Shown one piece after another: positions 38,070-50,419 of a stretch of 64,000 nucleotides of DNA (positions are counted from its first letter, which is position 1; the number at the start of each line of letters is the position of its first letter). Origin of the DNA: Camelus dromedarius (taxonomy: Eukaryota); NCBI RefSeq assembly GCF_036321535.1, contig NC_087436.1:109308001-109372000 (forward strand), in the 5' to 3' direction. The position numbers were made by a program, and so were the translations under genes. Under the pieces are notes generated by a model, which was not told the origin of the DNA, did no database searches, and saw nothing but the letters and a program-made list of their open reading frames with translations.

Positions 38070-38597
38070 TTTATATATATGCATGTATATCCATAAGTGT
38101 ATATATCTTTATATATACACAAGTAAAATTAAATATATTTTTATAGGATATTTATTATAAAGCATTGGCTTATACAATTATATAGAAGTTGGCAAGTTCC
38201 AAGACCTGCAGTGAGCCAGCTGGATACCCAGGAGAGCTGATGATGTAAATTCCAAACGAAAACCCAGCAAGATCCTGGACCTTCCAAGATCCTGGAAGAG
38301 CAAATGTTTCAGTTCAAGTCTGACGGCAGGAAACAAACAAACAACAGCAGCAGCAATATTCCAACTCGAAAGAGTCGAGCAGAAGGAATTCCCACTTGTT
38401 CAGGGGAGGGTAAGTCTTTTTGTTCTATTCAGGCCTTCAACTGGTTGGATGAAACTCATCCACGTAAAGGAGGCCAGCCTGCTTGATTCAGTCTAGTAAT
38501 TTAATGTTAAACTAACAGGAGGGCCCAGAATAATGTTTGATCAAATATCTCATAACCTCATGTCCCAGTTAAACTGAAACTTGAAATTAAAGATCAC
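38070..38597 (-). mobile_element. MLT2-type (ERVL) LTR remnant
   Basis: atttattataaagcattggcttatacaatta...ggcaagttccaagacctgcag...tgttctattcaggccttcaactggttggatg...cagaataatgtttgatcaaatatct are MLT2 hallmarks. Confidence 0.8.
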
Positions 38598-40119
38598 TCT
38601 CTCCAAAGTATTACCCTTAATGGATTCAGTGTGCGCTTGGGCATCAGAATATTTTGAAGCTCCCACATGATCTCATGGGCAGTCAGACAATATTAAGAAC
38701 CACCATACAACAGGTGATGTCCCTTGTAGGAGACTAGGGGAATGTGGTAACTGATACTAGGATTTTCTACTTTAAGTAAATAGTCTTCCCCACCTCAACT
38801 TTCTGATCAATTTAGTATCAGTGTTTGCTAGTTTTAATGGCAAATACAGGGAGAAAAAAATTCTATTTCTTCCTCCAACTTGGAGTCCATGGAGAGATAG
38901 CGAAATTAATCATGGAGGTGAGGGAAACCTACAAACCAATATCCCATTAACAACAAAAAGAGCCAAGTTCAATAATATTTCACTCAGACATTGTTTTCTT
39001 TTAGTACAGTACATGATTTAACTTTGGAAGAACTGCAGGAACCAAATAAGTCTTTATTCCAGAGCCAATTAAATAAGTAAACACTACTACCTGCCCCACC
39101 CCCCAACAGGAAAACAGAAACTTGAAATAATTTAATTGACTTAAGATTGGCAATGACATCCAAATACGAGCCAAGGGTTCTTTACAAAAATGCTTCTTAA
39201 AACATTACTTTTTCTCACACATGATTATGGTTGCTTTTTCTTTAAGAAAATTTCCATCTGAGGATTTCATGCTTGTATCTATACCTGACAGATATATCTG
39301 GTGTGTATGTATATAATATATTTTTCTTATATAGATATATTTATGATATATGCACATGATATTTTGATATTTGTGTATTTTGCCTAGTCAGTATCTTTTT
39401 ATTAATTTACAAAAATTTTTCATGAAATTATCTGCTTGATATTCCTATAAACATAATCTAGTATTATTACAATTTGCACAGATATGGGACATACCAGTAC
39501 AGATATTGAACTTTCCTTCGATTCTTATATAAAGACATTGATTTTTAATTATGGTTATAGGTTAAAACTTATTAACCCTATCTACTCAGGTAAGAAATAT
39601 GAAAAGTACTCACGGTGTTTAAAAACCTTAAAAAAATAAAACTCCACTTTAATCACATATGAGATGGATTCATAAATTCAAACCTGCTTAATTGGCAATT
39701 AAAAGCTGTAGGACAACGTTGGCTCTCTGTATTTTCAAAGTTAAGTTCCAGCTGTTTTGAGAAAGCAACCAGAAGATTGAGAGAAATTGCCAAGCATCCT
39801 GGGGAGAGACTGGAAGTAAAGAGCGACATTAGCTTCTGTTATTCTAAAGTCACTGCACCACCAGCAGTAACTGTAAATACTATTAGTGGAATAAAAGATC
39901 TCAAATTCAAAATTTCACTTGCTATTCACAGGGAAAAGTATCATACATTTTTGAGTCTGAACTTCATCCAGGACCAACAACTCTCAAAAATAAATTTGAG
40001 ATAATATTCGTGATTCATAATGTTTCCTCATCAGTTTAACCATTAAATGTTTATTTGATTTAGAAAATGCTTTATTTTTATTAAAGAAGCCCAGGTGTTT
40101 AATGCCACTATAAGCCATC

Positions 40120-41350
40120 TGGAAAGTCTACATTTAATGTAATAAACAGCTCCCATCTCTTTATGGCTCATAATGACGACACAAGTTCTTTCTTACTCAT
40201 GTACATGTCTGTTGAGTGTTGGCTGTGAGTTTTTTCATGGTCACTCTCTCTAGACTCAGGCTGATAGAGCAGCTACTATCTCAAATGTTTCTGGTCATCA
40301 CTGAGTCTTACACAACAATGAAAAGCTCCATCCTAGAAGTGACATCCCGCTTTCAGTTTAACCCACTGGCCAGAGCTGGTCGTGTGATCCACTCAACAAC
40401 ACACGGAACAGGATGTATTATCCTCTGGATGCTTAGGAGACTGAAAGCTGGAAATAGTTGGTGAACAGCATTACAAACTATCACCTTCTGCCCTTGAGGT
40501 CACCAAATATTCAACTCACTCTACTTCCTATAAGCAAAATAATACTCAACCCTTCTCCAAAGAATTCAATCCAAAAGTCTCATTTTACCACGGCATCAAG
40601 TTCAAAGCCTAGGTTCTTTGGGAATGATACAGTCGACTCCCACCAAATCTGAGTATGATTTCTCTTGCTCTGGATATTCATGAATTAAAAAGATAAGTTA
40701 CCCATGCTCTAGAAATATATAATAGTAGATCAGGGACAGAGTAACTATTAAGCACTTCCGTTTGGAGACAGGAAGAATAGAAGACACACGGCAGGCAATT
40801 AATATGATCCACAACAATTCTGAAATCCTACCAGGCAGAGGAGGTGAGGACCTCCCACTGTAGAAAGTGAGAGTGGGATGGAAACGTTCCTTGATTAGTC
40901 CCTAATTTTGCTTTCTGCCAGAGAAGTTTCAAGTCCATTACGTTTCTCCATGATCTTTGGCTCTCTGCTCTATTTGCCGCATCTGCAGTGGGCATTAGAG
41001 ATGAATCTGTTTTCCTGATGTGCTGAGTACATTTCTCACTCTGCTGTGTGCCTGCCAAAGGAGGAGAACCAAGGGTCATTTTAGTCTTCACAGTCTCAGA
41101 CAGTTATAATTTGGGCTTATATTTTCTCTGGGATATGCTAGTACAGATAGTGTATTTTCTTAATAATATTTTTTCATGATGTTCTAGGGATTTTAATCTA
41201 TTTGGTTCAGATGGCAACGTGTGGTGACAGCTGCCCATATTTGTTTTCCAGGTAGACTTTTTAGATTGGCAGGGCTTTTTGGCTACCTCCTGCCCATGCC
41301 TCTCCCTCTCAACTGAATCATGGATGCCAAGCCTGGGCCCTCCAGGATAA
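40120..41350 (-). mobile_element. Old MaLR (MLT1) LTR plus internal sequence remnant
   Basis: aagttctttcttactcatgtacatgtc...ccactggccagagctggtcgtgtgatcc...tagttggtgaacagcatta pattern, followed by MLT-int-like sequence. Confidence 0.5.
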
Positions 41351-42244
41351 GAGTGAGAGACTCATCTTTAGCCTCCCTTCACTGATTCATTGTGTACAAT
41401 AGCAAAATATACATCATCATAATCCATTCACAAATTTTTGACAATAGCCATGATCAGAACAGTCTAGGGACATGAGAACAAATTGGCATGTATAAATTTT
41501 TGAAAACCATAAATGAAGTTAACAGACTGTTAAATACATATACCATAGTCTCATATCTTGACTTTGACATAAATACAGTAAATTTAAAAAATATGTATAA
41601 AACTGTGTTTTTCATTTGATTAAAAGAAGGAAAAATAACAAAGACCACTGCTTTAATTATTATGGCTACTGATGGAGTGCTTTGTTGTTGGGCTGGAGAT
41701 GTTTATATTAATGATGAGAATATAATTCATGAAACATTCTATATTTAGAGGGAAAGTTATTTTCCCTTAAGTAATGTTGTTATAATAAATTCTTTCTCAT
41801 AATTTGTGCTTCATTGACAGTAATGCCAAATTAAATTATTTTATGTGTTTAGGTAGTTTTTTTCCTGCATACATTTCAACTCTGAAAAATTTTGCTCTGC
41901 AGAGGCAGTAGTAACTGAAATTGCCAACAAATTTTGTTAAATATTTAAATTCAGAAACAAACTATGGATTTTAACATACCATGTTCAAACAGCATAAAGG
42001 GGTCTCACCAATATATTATCAGATGATATAAATATTTAGAGTATTTTGATATTGTGTATTGAATTACTATAATTTCTACAGTAACTTAATCATCTTTCTA
42101 AAGTGATATATAGATCCATCTGTATTACTTAGTTTTTTCGAAATTTTAAAAGCTGTATGTTATAAGGCAAACCAAAAAGAACAATACTTTTTCAATTTTA
42201 TCAAATTTCTATTCTATCAAGACTATAATTTAATTGATGTTGTT

Positions 42245-42450
42245 TAAAGGTACAAACTTTCAATGAGTAGTTAATATACCATAAGGATCTGATGCACAGT
42301 ACGATGAATATAGACAAAAATACTTTACGGTAATTGTGTATTGTAATAAATATTGCTATAACTTCAATCATACTATAATATGTAAATTATCAAAGTAACA
42401 CATTGAACACTTTAAATTTACACGATGTCAAATTTATTCGATTAAAAACA
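42245..42450 (+). mobile_element. L1MA-type 3' end remnant
   Basis: aaaggtacaaactttca...ggatctgatgcacagtacgatgaatatag...cattgaacactttaaatttacacgatgtcaaattt. Confidence 0.65.
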
Positions 42451-42524
42451 TGACACTATATCTTAATCTTAAAATGGCAAAAAATACAAGTCAACAGTAT
42501 AAATATTTTACGAAGTCCAGTTAT

Positions 42525-43520
42525 GAAGGGGCATAAGATTTGAATAAACATTTCTCCTAAGAAGATCTACTAGTTGCCAATAAGCAATGAAAGAATGTTC
42601 AACATCATTATAGCCATTATGAAAATGAAAATTTAAGCCAAAAGTCATACCACTTCACACACACTAAGATGGCTATAATCAAAAAGACAGGTAATGGCAA
42701 GTGTTAGTGAGGATACAGAGAAATTAGAGCCCTCATACATTGCTTGTGGGAATGTAAAAAGGTGCCACTGATTTAAAAAATAGTTTGACAGTTTCCCAAA
42801 AAGTTAAAATGGAATTATCACATCATGACTCAGCAATCCACTCCTAGGTCTATATCCAAGACAACTGAAAACATATGTTCACACAAAACATGTACACAAA
42901 TGTTCATAATAGTATTATTCATCATAGCCAAAAAGTGGAAACAACCCAAATGTCCATCAGCTGATGAATGGATAAGTAAAATGTGGTATATCCATACAAG
43001 TGAGTATTACTGGGGCATAAAAGTGAAGTTCTGATACATGCTACAGCAAAGATGTAACCTGAAAACATGGCGTTTAGTGAAAGAAGACAGACATAAAAGG
43101 TCATATTTCCGTTTACAGGAGACGTCCAGGAAAGATAAATTCATAGAGGTAGAAAGTAGATTAGTGGTTTCCAGGGATGGAGAAAGGTTGTTGGGCAGGA
43201 GAGGAGGGAGAAATAACCAGTGACTGGTAATTGGTAAGAGGATGCTTTTCAGAGTGAGGAAATGTTCTGGAATTAGATGGTGGTCATGGTTGTACAACTC
43301 TGAATATACTAAAAACTACTGAATTGTACACTTTAAAAAGGTGAATTTTATGGTATGTGAATTATATCTTAATAAAGCTGCTATCAAAAAATATGACAAA
43401 ATTAGATTATGGTGATGGTTGCACAACTCTGTGAATATACTAAAAACCATTGAACTGACTGCTTTAAATGGGTGAATTTTATGGTTGTGAAATTATCTCA
43501 ATGAGTCTATGAAAAAAAAA
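42525..43520 (+). mobile_element. L1MB-type element (ORF2 C-terminus + 3' UTR) followed by a second copy of the 3' terminus
   Basis: ORF2-like peptide ...TCTQMFIIVLFIIAKKWKQPKCPSADEWISKMWYIHTSEYY; 3' end aataaagctg at ~43371-43390; related second terminus at ~43400-43520. Confidence 0.88.
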
Positions 43521-43671
43521 GCCATGTAGTTTCTGTAGAAATTGGTGATATTTGTAATGTTCTTTCTCCTTTATAGGCCTAAAAATTTTTTATTTCCTTG
43601 TTCTAAAGTCTTATATTTTGCTGCAATTTTGTTTTTGCTGCATATTTCATGTGTGGTTTCTACTGATTTAA

Positions 43672-44116
43672 GAGGAATAAAGTAACGCCATTTGCAGCAA
43701 CATAGATGGACCTGGAGATCGTCATTCTAAGTAAGCCAGAAAGAGAAAGAAAAATACCATATTACTCATACGTGGAATAAAAAAAAATACAAATGAACTT
43801 ATTTACAAAACAGAAACAAACTCACAGACATATAAAACAAACTGATGGTTACTGGGCAGCCAGTGGGGGAAGAGGGTGGGAAGGGGTAAAATGGGAGTTT
43901 GAGATTTGCAGATACTAACTACTAAATATAAAATAGCTAAACATCAAGTTTCTTCTGTATAGCACAAGGAACTATATTCAATATCTTGTAGTAACCTATA
44001 ATGAAAAAGAATATGAAAAGGAATATATGTATGTATATGTATGACTGAAACATTATGCTGTACACCAGAAATTGACACAAAAATGTAAACTGACTACTTC
44101 AATAAAAAAAAAAAAA
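43672..44116 (+). mobile_element. Young lineage-specific L1 3' end with poly(A)
   Basis: gccatttgcagcaacatagatggacctggagatcgtcattctaag...gagatttgcagatactaactact...cttcaataaaaaaaa. Confidence 0.9.
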
Positions 44117-45606
44117 CATATAAACATTTTTAATACGTATTTTTAACTTTTAAAACATAAAACAGCCAAATTTAGTTTTCTTGTTTTTTGTTTGTTTGTT
44201 TGGTAAGCTTCTGCTAACCTTGTTGCTAACCAGCCAACAGTTCATGACAAATAACTTAGTAGCACATGTTCATTATTAGTTTAAATTTTCACCTAAGATC
44301 ATGATTCACTCTTTGAGGGTCTTCTGTTAGTTTTTCTCTGTTCTAAAGCATCCCATATCTTACCTAATCAAATCCAATTGCTTTAATAGTATTTAGTTGG
44401 CATTATTATCATGGGTCCAAGTATGTTTATGAGGTCGATATTTTTAATTTGCTTTATCAAGTTATTTGTCTCATCTTTGGGCACATTTTTAAAAAACTGT
44501 ATGTAATCTTTAAATTTTTCTTAGGAATATGATTACTATTAGTAAGTCATGGCCATGGCTCCTAGCAACAAAATCTAACTATATACTGTACATGTTTTAG
44601 GGTTTTTGTCCCAGATTCTGATTTTTATACATTTTAAATTATTAATTATGTTAAGATCGTTGTCCTAGGCATAGAAAATCTTTTAAATCAATGCTGCAAA
44701 TTAAAATTATTTTTTAGTTCTTAAGTCATAATGGATACTTAGTACATTAGATTTAAACCAATGAATTCAGGTCTATTATTTTCTTCTGGGAATTCAACAA
44801 TAATTATAATGAATACTAGTTGTTCAATATAACTTTTGTCTCTGCTATAATCAAATGAATTGAATAGAATTTACTTTTTATTTATTTGTAATTTCTTATT
44901 TTATTCCTCAGTAAACTAGTAATCTAGTATTTATTTTTCCATCCCAGAAGGTAAAACTCATTATTTTTAATTTGGAAATAATTTCAAATAAACTGAACTT
45001 TCTGCTTTCCTTTTTATAAATATTGTTCTTTTTGTGCCATGAAAAACATTGTTATGCTCAGCTAATATTAAACATGCTATTATTAAACAAGCTAACATTA
45101 AACATATTATTAATTTTTGTGTTGGCAGTAATATGTTGGCATTTATCTTTGGTGAATGTTATTTATTAATATTTACTCAGACTTTTGAGTACTAGGAATT
45201 GCATTTGTGATTTATATTTTGTATTGGAAAGCAGTACTTTGTGTTTCTTTAATCACAAACTTTTGTTTGCACTCATGGATACCTTCATTAGTCAAGGCTG
45301 GACTTGAAGATTAGTTGGGAAACATGTAAATGTAATTGCAATTCTTTGCCATTGATTTAGAATACAAATGTCAATGTCTACAATTGTTCTCCATTTAAAA
45401 TAATTTTAATGTAAAATTAAATACTAATTTTTCTGCCATGTATACCTAGTAAAAATTAATAATCATTGATTTGAATTAGATTGTGTTTTACTACAAACAC
45501 TCTCATGCTGTCAGGAGGATGTGATAGCTGTTTTCCAAGGTTATTATCTGAAACATAGTACTGCTCCAGAGATTTGTGTCTTTTTCTTTCAATTTTGCTT
45601 GTTTTA

Positions 45607-45869
45607 TTTTTTAAAATTTTTTAAATATTTTTTTTACTGAAGTACAGTCAGTTTACAATGTTGTATCAGTTTCTGGTGTACAGCATAATGCTTCAGTCAT
45701 ACATGAACATACATATATTCATTTTCATATTCTTTTTAACTATAAGTTACTACAAGATATTGAATATAGTTCCCTGTGCTAGACAGTATGAACCTGTTGT
45801 TTATCTATTTTATATACAGTAGTTAGTATCTGCAAATCTCAAACTTCCAATTTATCCCTTCCCACTCTC
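45607..45869 (-). mobile_element. Young lineage-specific L1 3' end
   Basis: Reverse-orientation copy of the same L1 family; TSD tcaattttgc(t/c)t(g/a)tttt at ~45589-45605 and 45870-45886. Confidence 0.88.
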
Positions 45870-48800
45870 TCAATTTTGCCTATTTTACAAATGTACTTTA
45901 CTTCATCCTTTAGTAGAGAGACCATTAAAAGGTGGTATTTGTTTCTTCTGAGTTGTGAATTTGACGTGGACAATTCTTTTCCATTCTCATTGTTTTGGGC
46001 TATTTATATTTTCAGCTATTCAGAAACATGAGGTTGTTGGGATTTTATCTGACCTGTTGTTCATTTTTACTGTTTTGATAGGTAAATTTCATTAAGTAAA
46101 TAAAATATAATGCCTTACTTATAAATTTTATGCAGCGTATAATCAAGAAGAGTATGCTCACTTCTATTGCTTCTAGATTTTAAAAATTTTAAGCACCTCC
46201 TTTGAAGATTTCCACATCTTTTTTTCCCCTGATCTGTACTTTTGTGTTATCTGTTCCTATCATAATCACAATTTGTACATTCTAAAGGGTTAAAAACAAA
46301 GCATAACTTATTCAAAATGCACAAATATGACATTTCACCTAAAAGCCTAACTGAAAGAAAATGAAAAAACATTGAAAATCAGAAGTATGTTTTCAAGAAG
46401 TTATTCTTCTAAAATATTCAAAATTATATATTAAGGTGAAAAGAAAGATTTACCATTTTGCTTCATTTATGATAAATCCATTTATGATGTATTTTAAAAT
46501 AAAAGTTTTAGGTCAAACTTATTTAAAGCAAAATTAAAAGTAACTCTAGCATCAGTGCCCAGCTAGTTGCCAGCATAAAAATATCAGTATCATGTTTTAC
46601 ACATTAGGTACATATGTTTGTTTTCATGGTACCCAAACATACATACATAACATATCTGTCTCTCTCTCTATATATGTATATATACACACACATATATAAA
46701 AATCTCTCTATATACATATATCTAATTTTACACATATAAAATCTCTATTTTAAATTAATGTGAATTTTTGTAATATTGTTGTTATGAGTGAGTAACTCAG
46801 CCATGCACACTTATGCATGATTTATTCAATGTTATCATCTATGCCTCTCTACCAATGTCTAGAATTATATATTCTCTTATTTTTTGTAGTTTTTGTAGTA
46901 TGTTTGTTGCATAAATCTCAAAGGACAGGAGAGATTTCGGTAAGTTCATACTTACGGTGCTATTTGCTGTGCATAGTGACATTTGTTCATTGCTTACTTG
47001 CATCTGTTATCCCTTACACTCTTCTGAAAGATACTCCGATATTCATTTGGGTGTTTTCTTCCCCTGTGCAGTGTATACGAGTGGAGAAAAGATGACCATT
47101 ATCACCAGCAGTGAGGACAGCATTTACCTCATATAAATCATTATTCTCTTGTCCCATGGTCTCCCAACCATTCAGGATTCATTTCAGACTCATTCCTAGA
47201 ATGGTAGGACAGAAGTTTACTTTCTACGATTAGCTACAAACAGCTAAGATCTAATTACCTTTATAACTCCTAACAAAGCTGGCTGTCAGTCCTACAAACT
47301 CCAGCGGCACCCTCCTTAAAATGATGGCATCCAAGATGGCAGATAGGAAAGATAAAATAAAAATGAGCCTTTGCTTACATTACCAAGTCCTGTTAACCAA
47401 CCCAAGAAGCAGGTACATGAACCAACCACGGCTCAACAGATACACTCTCCTTGGAATTTTCAACTTGATTGGAGAGACACAGAGAGTGAAAATGATTGGT
47501 GTTCATTCACCTGGTGAATAGTAACTGCAAAGGCTATCTTCTGGTTCCTCCCTGGATCCATGATCTTTCTTTGACAAATCTGATTCTTCAGCTCTTCCTT
47601 TGGTCCTTTGAGTTTTGCTATAACTTTGCAATAAATTGATTTTTGGCTTATATTTGGCTTGGGAAATATTATCTTTCTTTTTCTTCCTGCTTGGACACAG
47701 TGTATATATTTCCTCATTCTATTGATAATGACCTTGACTATGTGGCTTGCTTTGGCCAGTGACACGAAGCCTAGGCAGCCAGTCCCCAGCTGCTCATAGA
47801 TACGTGAGTGCGGACGAATAATTGCTATTTTGAGCCACCAGTTTGGGGATGACTTGATAAACTTTATTATTCTAGGAATATATGACTGTTACAGTTTGTT
47901 ACTTGCAGATATCCGACATGACTCTCCTTTGCAAAACCAACATTGCAAAGGGATGAAGGAAAAAACCAAGCTAGAAGTCTCCCTGGCAGCTCCATCTCCT
48001 GAAACGAGACAAGCCTAAATCCAAATCATACTTTCTGTGTGACCAAGACACTAGCTAGAATCCAATGAATCAATTATCCAGCACTTTTTATTAAGCAATA
48101 GCTTCATGTAACACATCTCTCAAGAAGTCTTGTTACTCCACTGTGAAAAAGTAACACAAATGTATGAGTCATGCCACTCTTACAGAGTTTTTCACTAAAA
48201 GCACATTTAGACCCATCATCTTAAGTAAAACATGTTACTCTAGTGTACTTTTAAAATGTCCAACTTGGGAAAAGCAGCTACAAAAGACTTAAAAAGTGTT
48301 TTAAAAAATGTGTTTATAGAAGCATTTGGAGCAGGTAATCAGATGCTGTTTTTATTACTGCTCTCTTAGTGGACTGATGGTTAAGCTATTTGCAATGTTT
48401 AGATATTTCTCAACCTCTAAACTATTAAAATTTCAAACCAAAGCTGTAGTTATTATGTAAGGAATAAAGTTTGGCAATTTATTAAAGATATATGCAGATT
48501 AGCATGGACTAGAACACTGCTAGGGGAAATTCATACCTACACCTGGTATTTACTACAACAGTGCGACCAAGTACATCCCCTATAACTTTATACAGAGTGT
48601 AGCATTTTATGATCTTCTACTGGAATAACTTACCTAACAATATTCCACTCACATTTCTTGTTTATGAACTGTAAGGGAAATGCAATAACTCTGCATTATT
48701 CCGTTTAAGAAGGGACTCCAAAGCATGGATAATGCAATTCAATTAGTAATTATTTGTGTTTGGCTTTACAGTCCATGCAGTTGGACAAACATATTCAGGA

Positions 48801-49173
48801 ATGGATATGAGTGTGGGCTCTCAACCCTGCTGTTTCTGTTCATGTGTAGTGAAGGCAGCAGTGCGAGTGCTAATATAGGTCTGAGGAACCACAGTGATTC
48901 AATAAATGCTTATTAACTCATAATGTCATATTTCTCTACTTATGTGTTTACCATATTTGAAGCATCAAAGTATAAAAATTAGATCTGGTATTCTCTCCTA
49001 GAGATTCCCATGAGAAGCAGATCATTTTTGATCTCAAAGATGGGTTCAGAAAAGCCTTCAAAGGGTTCTCTGTGTCCAGTAGGTCTAAGGAGATGTTTAC
49101 TGCTGTCTATTTTCAAATATGCTCCTCATTACTGTTCTGAACTTTTTAATGACTGCAATATCCTAAGTAGGAC

Positions 49174-49677
49174 TGTATTAGTTTCCTGTTGCTGCTGTAA
49201 CAAACCACCATAAACTTGGTCACTTAGAACAACACAATTTAGTATCTTACAGTTCTGGGGGTCAGAGGTCCTAAAACCAAATTGTAGGTAGGGCTGCATT
49301 CTTTCTGGAGGCTCTAGGATAATCTTTCTTTGGCCTTTCTGGCTTCTATAGGTTGCTTAAATTCATTTGTGTGTGATTTCTTCTCATCTTCCAAGCAAAC
49401 AGAGTAGTAGCAGCTTCAAATCTATCTCTGACTTACCCCATTGTCACGTGTCCTCCTTTGACTCCGGTTCTCCTGCCTTCTTCTTCCACTTGTACGACTT
49501 TTGTGCTTATACTGGGCACACCCAGAGAACTCACCATAATAGCTCCATTTCAAGATCCTTAATTTAAACACATTTGCATAGTCCATTTTGACATGTAAGG
49601 TAATACCGTTGCAGGTTCTGACGATTAGAATGTGGACATCAAGCATCCTCCACTTGGCTAATTCCTTCTCATCCACA
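49174..49677 (-). mobile_element. MLT1 (B/C-like) MaLR solo LTR
   Basis: tgtattagtttcctgttgctgctgtaacaaaccaccataaacttgg...tcttacagttctgggggtcagaggtcc...ttctggaggctctagg...tccaca. Confidence 0.85.
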
Positions 49678-49889
49678 AGAAATCAGCTTCAGGCACAGAT
49701 AGGTGTGTATTTCTGTACGATCTCAGAGCACCCTATGCAGTTACCTCTCCTAGTGTTGGCGGCATTGTGAGTTCATGGGAAGCAGAGAACCTGTGCTGTA
49801 TTCATCTTTGTGATCCAGTATCTCTCATGGGACCAGAACACGGTTGAAGTGTAACAAATATTTAAAGAAGGAAAAGCATTAAGGATGGA

Positions 49890-50080
49890 TTATAATAGCA
49901 TCACTAGCCAACGTGTGTAGACCATGTGCTGGATGCCAAGCCCTCTTCCACATGCTTTATGTATATCTTACAATCAAAGTACAGTTTAGCTTTACTACAG
50001 TATACACAGGTGAGCTCCATTTAAAAGATTGGGAAACTGAGGCACAGAGAGGTTAAGTAACTTGTTCAAGGCCATTTAGA
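49890..50080 (-). mobile_element. MIR SINE remnant
   Basis: ccatttaaaagattgggaaactgaggcacagagaggttaagtaacttgttcaaggcca, a clear MIR core. Confidence 0.85.
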
Positions 50081-50419
50081 ACTGAAACAAAAAACAAGGC
50101 AACAAATAAATACATAAGCAAAAGGGAGGCAGGAAAAGAGGATGGGAAAGGGAGATTTCAGCAGTGCTTTGATTCCACTGGAACCTACAATGCATCATCC
50201 ATCCATTGGTTCTAGGAGCTTTCCACTGCTTTTCACCTTCCTCATGTCATCAACTTTCTCGTTACCTACACTGAGTTCAGGACCATCATTTTCATCACTC
50301 ACTCACAATTTCCTCAAGCTAAGCAAGGTCCAGTATTTGCCTACACTGCATCTTGTATCTGGAGCTGGGGAAAAGTGGTGGACATGGCTGAAGATGGCTA
50401 AGATGAAAAGAACAAACTG

